Positions 27,181-37,857 of a stretch of DNA of 64,000 nucleotides are shown here, piece by piece. The position numbers and the translations under genes were made by a program. The DNA is taken from the NCBI GenBank assembly GCA_051362555.1, contig CM120649.1, forward strand, positions 186,001-250,000, in the 5' to 3' direction. The stretch is from Lingula anatina (taxonomy: Eukaryota > Animalia > Brachiopoda). The notes beneath the pieces are model-generated. The model saw nothing but the letters and a program-made list of their open reading frames with translations. It was not told the DNA's origin and did not search any database. How positions within the stretch are numbered: the stretch's first letter is position 1; each line of letters opens with the position of its first letter.

Positions 27181-28097
27181 CGTCTGCTTTGAAAGTTCAG
27201 GTTTGGATGAGGACGTAACCCCGAGGCACAAAAATTAACATATTTATCTATTTGTTTATTTTATATAATTGCTTGTTAATATTGTTCAATTTCTTTTCTC
27301 TGTTCTGTTCATCTTATTTGTCGATTTTATTTATCCTTTTATCTAATGTTTTTGATAAACATGATCAACAGAAAAAGCAAACGATTTTTTAGGCACAGCT
27401 CCAGAGCTCTGTTTAATCGAGGCACAGATAACATTTTTCCTCCTTAAGATTTTACAGAAGGTCTGCACATTTTTACTGAGGTTAGATATACCAGTATTTG
27501 TCAGTGGAGAGAGAGAGAGAGAGAACTTTATTCAATAGATGAGACACCTATAGTTAACGTTACCTTGACGTTTTGAATACTTAATGAGGAAAAGCTCTGA
27601 AAATTTAGTTTAATCTTGAAGTAAAATGCAATGAGAAATGTATCCCGCGCAGTTTATTTGATATTTTACGAGTCCTTTACTGTGTATTTACCAGCCTCCC
27701 TGGCTGTAAGGAGATATGTGTTTTAATCACTCTGTAATCCTTCTGTGCCTTCTGTCCCCCCCTCCCCCCCGACACCCCAACCAAACCAATGTCACCAAAC
27801 CAAGATATTTTCATTGGAGTATTCTTTAAGGAGGGTGGCAGCGTTTAGGTTCATAAGACCTCATTGTCCCTGAAGTATTACATATGAATAGAGCGTCAAG
27901 GTAGGTGGATGATCGAGATGATAACAATATTAAAATGATATTGATATTATTTGTACAAAGTCGTCATCATATATCTATTAATTAATCTATATGATAATGT
28001 TGTAAATGTAGAACGAATGTGGTATCATAATAAATATATGTATGTCAACGAGGTTCTGTGGTACTTATACTTTGACTAGAATTTAACGTGAATCCCG

Positions 28098-28262
28098 ATG
28101 TAACGTGACAGAGAGTCCCCCATAACAGAGTCCGCTTCCCATTCAATTGGACAGGTAAGCCTCGCCCTAGATTTTGACCTACTTAGGTCAGGCTAACCCT
28201 AACCACTATAACTAAATAGAGGGCGGACTTTCTGTAACACGGACCCTCAGTTTCGTTATATC
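28098..28262. mobile_element. Short MITE-like repeat with sub-terminal inverted repeats and a TAACCCTAACC core
   Basis: CGTGACAGAGAGTCC ... GGACTTTCTGTAACACG; related copies at 33349-33513, ~52485-52607 and ~56360-56910; absent from the homologous position in triplication unit 1. Confidence 0.6.
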
Positions 28263-29237
28263 GGTTTTGGTGAAAAAATACATCCAACACCAAAAGAAGA
28301 AGTTGTATACAGGCATTTGAAAATGAAAACCAGAGGTAACATATCCGGATGCATCTTGAAACACGTATCTAAGCGACCTGGAATTGGGGTTCAAAACCGC
28401 CAGCTATTGCACTTCAGAAATTGCCGTTGCACAGAGAGTTATAAAGTAAAGAGTGTTGAGACATATTTGATTAAACCAAGGGGAAACGAAAGGCATAAAG
28501 GAGAAAAAACATGCTATTCATTTGCACAATCAGTTAACATCAAAAAGTTTTATTAAAAAAGTGAACTTTTATATAACCTGCAGTTGCTTTAATCCATACA
28601 AATATTTTGAGAATAATTCAAAACTGCAGACAATAAATGGACGGAAAAAAAACACGCAGACAAGACAAAAATCTGTCAAGAGTATAGCCATGAAACGATC
28701 TTCAGCAGTGCATCCCGCGTCTGACAGGCACAGGTGTGATGAAATGAGCTATGTACGCGATGTCAAGTAAGCAAAATGTAATCAAAATTTGATTCGCTGA
28801 ATTACTGTTTCAGTCTTGTGGAAATTAACATGGTAAATTCAGAATGATGAACACTACGCTTAAAAACCAAACATCGTTTATTGAGGTTGGCATAAAGGAT
28901 AGTAAGACAGACAGGTGACAGTAAAAGAAGAAGCTATGATAGAAAAGTGGGTTGGCGATGAATAGTCCGTATCAGTTCATAATATCTGAAACAATTAAAC
29001 TCTTTATTTCAAATAGTCGATTTTTGTCTAGATCTATTGTAAACAACGACAGCAACACATCTGCTCATTCTGTTTGCTTATCAAAGTCATTGTCAGATAA
29101 GTCGAAAATGAAGATGTGTTGATTAATAATTCAATAACAGAAAATGTTGCTAAAGTTCTCTATGTAAACATGCATTATGTCTCTTTGCCCAGACATCAGG
29201 GACACCCTGTCTATTGACATTTAAATGTCATTTACAT

Positions 29238-30054
29238 CTATTTAGAACGACAGCAGCAATAATTTGGTCCACAGGAGGCGTAATAACACGTCTGGTAGCG
29301 GAGAATCTTCAGCCCCAGTTGATAGGTGCCTGATTGGATGTCAGATGGAAGAACAGGTCGATCTTGGTAGACATGAAGGGAGTTGAAGCACTCCAACCTA
29401 TCAAAATGACACAATCATTTAAAGATAAGTAGTTCACATAAACAGTTTTGCCAAAATTGGCCTTTATAACGTATCGATCTCCTTTAAATGGCAGGCCAAT
29501 TAAAGCTCGCCACCACAGTTGAAATATCCATATTATATAAATAAATATTTCTGATAAATACAAATAGTAGGTCCACAAAGTTTTCTCATAAAGACAAGCA
29601 AAAACAAACCCATAAACTGACCCTATGCTCCTAATTTGTGGATCCTGGGCAGCGACACTCGGTAAAGAACAAACATACTGGCAGTGGTAGGTCCAACTAT
29701 TACATGGTCTTCTAACAGCATAGACCCAGCCAAATTTATTGTTCATAGCCGTACAGGCGGCCTGCGCTATCTCATCGTAGTAGTTGTACGACAGACCTGG
29801 AGATGAAATGTTGGAAGGTAAGTCCCGCGCCTTAATCCACCCAAAGATCTAGCTGACTCACCAATAAAATAATCCTAACTCTTTAGACTTTTAGAAAACT
29901 AAAACGAAAAAAGCAAAAACAACAGGGAGAAGAGCATTCAAGAGTAAAAGAGAAAAAAAACTTGTGCACAAAGTGGTTAAACTTTACCTGCATAGGCGAG
30001 CTTGCTAAACGCAAGAACAGTAGCAGTGATCAGCACAATGAAGCGTATTACCAT
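29238..30054 (-). CDS. Uncharacterised secreted cysteine-rich protein, copy 2 (133 aa)
   Basis: Exons 30054-29988, 29796-29622, 29397-29238. MVIRFIVLITATVLAFSKLAYAGLSYNYYDEIAQAACTAMNNKFGWVYAVRRPCNSWTYHCQYVCSLPSVAAQDPQIRSIGLECFNSLHVYQDRPVLPSDIQSGTYQLGLKILRYQTCYYASCGPNYCCCRSK*. Clean signal-peptide-like N-terminus; TATAAATA on the - strand at 30137-30144. Confidence 0.9.
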
Positions 30055-30136
30055 CGTAAAATCGGAGTTGACCACAATTTTACCTCAAACTCTCACCGTT
30101 CCTGCGCCACAATACACGCCACGCGCTACGCATTCG

Positions 30137-30144
30137 TATTTATA
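30137..30144 (-). promoter_or_regulatory. TATA box upstream of cysteine-rich gene copy 2
   Basis: TATAAATA on the - strand ~85 nt upstream of the ATG; the homologous position reads TTAAATA in copy 1 and AATAAATA in copy 3. Confidence 0.5.
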
Positions 30145-31692
30145 ACTGCAAATAGCACACCTGTTAAATATTAATAGCGTTGTAATTTACAGTAGCGTCC
30201 CGTTTGGCGCCACAAGTTATTAATTACTTGTATTCATTATTTATGGTCCAGCAATTTTAAGTTATGCTAACTGAGATGATATAAGCAACCATTAACTTAT
30301 TCAAAAATTTCTTTCTAAATTAATGTTTATGTTCACATAACGTTCGTTAAAGACACTCCGTAGGAACTAAAATCGCCAAAACCAATTTTCCTCGGGGGGA
30401 AAAACAATTTCCTCCTACTCGCGATATAAATATTACAGTCTCTATACTTGGATTCAATATTCTATTCCAATTTTTAGATTTAATAATTAAGTTCTACCAG
30501 GCTGCCCTTTTGTTTCAAACGACACGCCACCCGGTTTTATCCCAGAAGGATTGTCAACAATAGGCACTTTATTTTTAGTTTTTAATAAAAATGTTCTAAT
30601 TGGGACATTTAAGTAGTTTTGCAAGATATGTACATTTAGAAATTTGATTTGGTAAATTTTCAAACTCCTGTGTTTTATGGTTTCCGCAGAAAGACGCAAA
30701 CCAGATATCTATCATTTGCGTTTAGTACAGAAAAATTCAATAAAACGTCTCTGAATTTCAGACTAGCCCAATACACAAGGTCACATAAAAATGTGAAAAG
30801 ATATCTATCCCTCGTGGGCTTTGAAACTGGGATAACCATGGAGTATTTGTCACGAAGAGGCTGGTCACGTGTTATAGTAGTAGTTCTGTCCATGAGGTAA
30901 CAGAATCCGCTTTTGAGCTGAACATTCTGTGTATTCTTCCGAACTTCACAACAAAATTAAGGCAAATTGTCATCAGTGTGAGAAGCAGTGATTGAAAGCT
31001 CACTCAAGCTCTGCAAAGAGAACGCAATCCAGGGTGTGCGAGTAGCCGTTAACCTTGTCAAATGAGGCGATTTAATCAGAGATGTAAGTTGTATTTGTTC
31101 TTGTTTTGTGTGAAATGGTGCCACGCACTTGTGCGCACACACATTTGCACTCCACGTGCTCGGATTTCAAATGACAAAGATTTCTTCTTTTATTTCCTCA
31201 ATATATCACTTTCATTGCAGGTTTAAAAATGTAATTTTTTCAATTAGTTCCTTTCTTGAATAAATCCAGCATTCGTCTGTTTACAAAGTTGTCGAGTGGA
31301 CATTAAACAGTTTTGAAATTCAGAGTATTCCACAGCTTTCTGCATATTTCTGCATTTGGATTCACTGTTGTTTGGGCCATGAATTAATTGTTAACGTGTT
31401 AATATGGATGACAAGACAGTCGGCAGATTTTCAACCTGGAACTACTCATTTTAATTATTACAAATGACTTGTGGCCTGTTACCCTGTTACTTCAAGTCTG
31501 TTCCACCTGGCAACTAGACAATTTAACATAGTTTATAGATGTAAGGTGATCCTTTGTAAACAAAAATACATGAAATTAGGGGCGAGACAGGCTTTGCGAC
31601 CAAGTGTGTGTATAAATGCAATATATATGTATTTTTTTCTTAGACATCTGTGCTCCCCCTCCCCCCGACCAACCCCACCAATGTCATCGCTA

Positions 31693-32395
31693 TGATTGTG
31701 TTTGGTGTGTTGGTTGGTTGTGATGTTGATTGTGTTTGGTGTGATGGTTGGTGGTGGTGTTGATTGTGTTTGGTGTGATGGTTGGTTGTGATGTTGATTG
31801 TGTTTGGTGTGATGGTTGGTTGTAATGTTGATGTGTTTGGTGTGATGGTTGGTTGTAATGTTGATTGTGTTTGGTGTGTTGGTTGGTTGTGATGTTGATT
31901 GTGTTTGGTGTGATGGTTGGTGGTGGTGTTGATTGTGTTTGGTGTGATGGTTGGTTGTGATGTTGATTGTGTTTGGTGTGATGGTTGGTTGTAATGTTGA
32001 TGTGTTTGGTGTGATGGTTGGTTGTGATGTTGATTGTGTTTGGTGTGATGGTTGGTGGTGGTGTTGATTGTGTTTGGTGTGATGGTTGGTGGTGGTGTTG
32101 ATTGTGTTTGGTGTGATGGTTGGTTGTGATGTTGATTGTGTTTGGTGTGATGGTTGGTTGTAATGTTGATGTGTTTGGTGTGATGGTTGGTTGTGATGTT
32201 GATTGTGTTTGGTGTGATGGTTGGTGGTGGTGTTGATTGTGTTTGGTGTGATGGTTGGTTGTGATGTTGATTGTGTTTGGTGTGATGGTTGGTTGTAATG
32301 TTGATGTGTTTGGTGTGATGGTTGGTTGTGATGTTGATGTGTTTGGTGAGATGTTTGGTGGTGGTGGTGTTGATTGTGTTTGGTGTGGTGGTTGT
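31693..32395. repeat. GT-rich ~34-bp minisatellite, unit 2 (~21 copies)
   Basis: Same unit, expanded. Confidence 0.95.
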
Positions 32396-33348
32396 CGTCT
32401 GCTTTGAAAGTTCGGGTTTGGATGAGGACGTAACCCCGAGGCACAAAAATAATCATATTTATTTATTCGTTTATTTTATATAATTGCTTGTTAATATTGT
32501 TCAATTTCTTTTCTCTGTTCTGTTCATATTATTTGTCGATTTTATTTAACCTTTTATCTAATGTTTTTGATAAACATGCTCTACAGCCAAAGCAAACGAT
32601 TTTTTAGGCACAGCTCCAGAGCTCTGTTTTATCCAGGCACAGATAACATTTTTCCTCCTTGACATTTTACAGAAGGTCTGCACATTTTTACATAGGTTAG
32701 ATATACCAGTATTTGTCAGTGGAGAGAGAGAGAGAGAGAGAGAGAGAGAACTTTATTCAATAGGTGAGACACCTATAGTTAACGTAACCTTGACGATTCG
32801 ATTACTTAATGAGGAAAAGCTCTGAAAATTTAGTTTAATCTTGAAGTAAAATGCAAATTTAGATTGCCAAAGACGTCAGTCATGTTGAGAAATGTATCCC
32901 GCGCAGTTTATTTGATATTTTACGAGTCCTTTACTGTGTATTTACCAGCCTCCCTGGCTGTAAGGAGATATGTGTTTTAATCATTCTGTAATCCTTCTGT
33001 GCCTTCTGTCCCCCCCCCCCCCCTCCCACCCCGAGCAAACAATGTCACCAAACCAAGATATTTTCATTGGAGTATTCTTAAGGAGGGTGGCAGCGTTTAG
33101 GTTCATAAGACCTCATTGTCCCTGAAGTATTACATATGAATAGAGCGTCAAGGTAGGTGGATGATCGAGATGATAACAATATTAAAAAGATATTGATATT
33201 ATTTGTACAAAGTCGTCATCATATATCTATTAATTAATCTATATAAGAATGTTGTAAGTGTAGAACGAATGTGGTATCATAATAAATATATGTATGTCAA
33301 CGAGGTTCTGTGGTAGTTATACTTTGACTAGAATTTAACGTGAGTCCC

Positions 33349-33513
33349 GATGTAACGTGACAGAGAGTACCCCATAACAGAGTCCACTTCCCATTCAATT
33401 GGACAGGTGAGCCTCGCCCTAGATTTTAACCCACATAGGTCAGACTAACCCTAACTATTATAACTAAATAGAGGGCGGACTTTCTGTAACACGGACCCTC
33501 AGTTTCGTTATAT
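33349..33513. mobile_element. Short MITE-like repeat (copy in triplication unit 3)
   Basis: Homologous to 28098-28262. Confidence 0.6.
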
Positions 33514-34491
33514 CGGTTTTGGTGAAAAAATACATCCAACACCAAAAGAAGAAGTTGTATACAGGCATTTGAAAATGAAAACCAGAGGTAACTTATCCGG
33601 ATGCATCTTGAAACACGTATCTAAGCGACCTGGAATTGGGGTTCAAAACCGCCAGCTATTGCACTTCAGAAATTGCCGTTGCACAGAGAGTTAAAGAGAA
33701 GAGTGTTGAGACATATTTGATTAAACCAAGGGGAAACGAAAGGCATAAAGGAGAAAAAAACGTGCTATTCATTTACACAATCAGTTAACATCATAAAGTT
33801 TTATTAAAAAAGTGAACTTTTATATAACCTGCAGTTGCTTTAATCCATACAAATATTTTGAGAATAATTCAAAACTGCAGACAATAAATGGACGGGAAAA
33901 AAACACGCAGACAAGACAAAAATCTGTCAAGAGTAGCCATGATACGATCTTCAGCAGTGCATCCCGCGTCTGACAGGCACAGGTGTGATGAAATGAGCTA
34001 TGTACGCGATGTGAAGTAAGCAAAATGTAATCAAAATTTGATTCGCTGAATTACTGTTATAGTCTTGTGGAATTTAACATGGTAAATTCAGAATGATGAA
34101 CACTACGCTTAAAAACCAAACACCGTTTATTGAGGTTGGCAAAAAGGGTAGTTTGACAGACAGGCGACAGTAAAAGAAGAGGCTATGATAGAAAAGTGGG
34201 GTGGCGATGAATACTCCGTATCAGTTCATAATATCTGAAACAATCAAGCTCTTTATTTCAAAAAGTCAATTTTTCGTCTAGATCTATTGTAAAAAACGAC
34301 AGCAACACATCTGCTCACGGCTAAAATTCTCTTTGCTTATCAAAGTCATTGTCAGATAAGTCGAAAATGAGGTGTGTTAATTAATAATTCAATAACAGGA
34401 AATGTTGTTCAAGTTCTCTATGTAAACATGCATGAAGTCTAAATGCCCACACATCGGGGACACCATGTATATTGTCAAAGGTCATTTATAT

Positions 34492-35303
34492 CTATTTAGA
34501 ACGACAGCAGCAATAGTTCGGTCCACAGGAGCCGGAATAACACGACTGGTAGCGGTAAACTTCCAGTCCCAGCATATTAGTGCCTGATTGGATGTCAGAT
34601 GGAAGAACAGGTCGATCTTGGTAGACATGAAGGGAGTTGAAGCACTCCAACCTATCAAAATGACACAATCATTTAAAGATAAGTAGTTCACATAAACGAT
34701 TTTGCCAAAATTGGCTTATAACGTTTCGATCTCCTTTAAATGGTAGACCAGAACTCGCCACCACAGCTGAAACTTTGCATATTAAATTAAGTAATATTTC
34801 TGATAAATACAAATAGTAGGTCTTCAAAGTTTTCTCTAAAGACATGCAAAAAAAACGCATAAACTGACCCTCTGCTGCTTACACTTGGATCCTGGGCTGC
34901 GAGACTCGGTGAAGAACAGATATACTGGCAAGGGAGGGTCCAACTATTACATTTTCTCCTCACAGCAAACACCCAGCCTGCCCTAGTGTTCATAGCCGTA
35001 CAGGTGGCCTGCACTATCTCATCGTAGTAGTTGTATGACGGACCTGGAGATGAAAGGTTGCAAGGTAAGTCCCGCGCCTTAATCCACCCAAAGATCTAGC
35101 TGTCTCACCAATAAAATAATCCTAACTCTTTAGACTTTTAGAAAACTAAAACGAAAAAAGCAAAAATAACAGGGAGAAGAGCATTCAAGAGTAAAAGAGA
35201 AAAAAAAAACGTGTGCACAAAGTGGTTAAACGATACCTGCATTGGCGAGCTTGCTGAACGCAAGAACAGTAGCAGTGATCAGTTCAAGGAATCTTATCGC
35301 CAT
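34492..35303 (-). CDS. Uncharacterised secreted cysteine-rich protein, copy 3 (133 aa)
   Basis: Exons 35303-35237, 35043-34869, 34651-34492. MAIRFLELITATVLAFSKLANAGPSYNYYDEIVQATCTAMNTRAGWVFAVRRKCNSWTLPCQYICSSPSLAAQDPSVSSRGLECFNSLHVYQDRPVLPSDIQSGTNMLGLEVYRYQSCYSGSCGPNYCCCRSK*. Confidence 0.88.
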
Positions 35304-36560
35304 CGTTAAATCGGAGTTGACCACAACTTTACCTTAAACTCTCGACGTTGCAGCTCCACAATACGCTCCACGCGCTGCGCATTCGTATTTATTACTGCAA
35401 AGATTACATCTGTTAAATATTAATTGCATTGTAATTTACAGAATCGTCCCGTTTGGCGCCACAAGTTATGTAAATTAACATTATTTATTGGCCAAGGAAT
35501 TTAAGTTATACAATCAGAGATGATATAAAGTATTTTAACTCATATCTAAAAATGACAAAAGATTTAGGCTAGTCCAACACACGAGCTCGTCAGAAATTTG
35601 AAAAGTTCACTCTAATCGGCTTTGAAACTGGGGTAGCCATAGAGTATTTGACGCGAACAGGCTGGTCACGTGGTAATGTAGTAGTCTGTGGGAGTTCTGG
35701 CCATCAGGTAACAGAATCCGCTTTTGTGCTGAACATTCTGTTTATTCTTTCGAACTTCAAAATAAAATTAAGGCAAATTGTCAGGGTCATCAGTTGAAAG
35801 CTTACTCAAGCTCTCAGAAAGTTCTCAAGCTCTCATAAATCAATTGTATTTCTTACACTGGTAAATTATTTTTTCATACAAAGAGGACGCGATCCAGGAT
35901 GTGACAGCAGCCGTTAACCTTGCCAAATGAGACGACTTAATCAGAGATGTAAGTTGTATTTGTTCATGATTTGTGTGAAATGGTGCCACGCACTTGTGCG
36001 CACACACGTTTGCACTCCACGTGCTCAGATTTCAAATGGCAAAAATTTCTTCTTTTCTTTCGTCAATATATCACCTTCATTGCAGGTTTAAAAATGTAAA
36101 TTTTTTAATGAGTTCCTTTCTTGAATAAATCTAGTATTCGTCTGTTTACGAAGTTGTCGAGTGGATATTAAATAGTTTTGAAATTCAGAGTATTCCACAG
36201 CTTTCTGCATATTTCTGCATTTAAAGTAACTGTTGTTTTGGCCATGAATTAATTGTTAACGTGTTAATATGGATGACAAGACAGTCGGCAGATTTTCAAC
36301 CTGGAACTTCTTATTTTAATTTTAAAGGAGTGTCAGCTATTTTATTTTTGTCTTTTTGGCTCTGGTTGTGAATAACGAATTGACAACTAGACAATTTAAA
36401 ATGGTTTATAGATGTAAGGTGAACCTTTGTAAACAGAAACACATGAAATTAGGGGCAAGACAGCCTTTGCAACCAAATGTGTGTATAAATGCAATATATA
36501 TATTTTTCTTAGACATCTGTGCTTCTCTCTCCCCGACGAACCCCACCAATGTCATCGCTA

Positions 36561-36866
36561 TGATTGAGTTTGGTGTGATGGTTGGTTGTGGTGTTGATTG
36601 TGTTTGGTGTGATGGTTGGTTGTGATGTTGATTGTGTTTGGTGTGATGGTTGGTTGTGATGTTGATTGTGTTTGGTGCGATGGTTGGATGTGATGTTGAT
36701 TGTGCTTGGTGCGATGGTTGTGATGTTGATTGTGTTTGGTGTGATGGTTGGTTGTAATGTTGATTGTGTTTGGTGTGATGGTTGGTTGTGATTTTGATTG
36801 TGTTTGGTGTGATGGTTGGTTGTGATGTTGATTGTGTTTGGTGTGATGGTTGGTCGTGGTGTTGAT
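36561..36866. repeat. GT-rich ~34-bp minisatellite, unit 3 (~9 copies)
   Basis: Same unit. Confidence 0.92.
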
Positions 36867-36919
36867 TAATGCGTGTCGACTGCTTTAAATTTCGGGTTTA
36901 TTTTCAAAAGTAATTATAT

Positions 36920-36954
<35 letters not shown>

Positions 36955-37228
36955 TTATTTCATTTATATGGTTTTTAATATTTTTCATTTTCTTTTCACT
37001 GTTTACTTCATTTTATTCGTCGATTTTATTTACCCTTCTGTCTAATATTTTTGGTCAACAAGATCTGCAGCCACAGTAAACGTTTTGTTTAGACACAGAT
37101 CCGGATCACTTTTAATCTAGGGACAGATAATTTTTTACCTCCTTGACTCCAAATAAGTAGCTTAAATAATTTGATTAATGCGTGTCGACTGCTTTAAATT
37201 TCGGGTTTATTTTCAAAAGTAATTATAT

Positions 37229-37263
<35 letters not shown>

Positions 37264-37480
37264 TTATTTCATTTATATGGTTTTTAATATTTTTCATTTT
37301 CTTTTCACTGTTTACTTCATTTTATTCGTCGATTTTATTTACCCTTCTGTCTAATATTTTTGGTCAACAAGATCTGCAGCCACAGTAAACGTTTTGTTTA
37401 GACACAGATCCGGATCACTTTTAATCTAGGGACAGATAATTTTTTACCTCCTTGACTCCAAATAAGTAGCTTAAATAATT
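36862..37480. repeat. Exact 309-bp tandem duplication
   Basis: 36862-37170 matches 37171-37479 (identical spurious ORFs 36873-37079 and 37182-37388). Confidence 0.95.
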
Positions 37481-37857
37481 TCTTCTACCTGTGCAGTGGA
37501 TCGTGTCGTATTGGATTTGAATTTTTCCAAACCTCTAACAAAATTATCAATTCGTAAGCTAACATGCCTTTTCTCAAGCATCAAAGTGACAGGTAATCAT
37601 CGCTGCATTAAGGTAAGGTATGTATTCTTGCTACATTCTACTTTCATTTTAGTTAACATGACGGGGATTCCAATGGGCCTATAGGCTCATGTAAGTTTCA
37701 TCTTGATCTTTTGAAATAAATCACATTGAATCCCAGCCAAATAATATGAGGTAAAACATACGTGATCACATATTTCAGATATCGTGATATCAAGTACTGG
37801 TAATTAAGAGACTGTAACGTGCCGGTATCTTTCTTAACACTGTCTTCGTCATCTTAT

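Larger units (their letters stand above)
22683..37147. repeat. Segmental tandem triplication (units ~22683-27448, 27449-32663, 32664-37147)
   Basis: Each unit starts ATTTTACA(A/G)AAGGTCTGCACATTTT, carries the MED12 3' flank, the 3-exon gene, its upstream region and a GT-rich minisatellite, and ends at ...CCTCCTT(G/A)A(C/G). Confidence 0.93.

Noticed and set aside
29309-29746. 145-aa ORF and the 'SASTPFMSTKIDLFFHL' peptide as the product of the triplicated gene
   Set aside because: The ORF reads exon 2 through the intron into the wrong frame of exon 3; splice phase gives LECFNSLHVY...CGPNYCCC instead.
31533-32456. His/Thr/Gln-rich ORFs of 307 and 268 aa
   Set aside because: Stop-poor strand of the GT-rich minisatellite; open in several frames and not conserved in length between triplication units.
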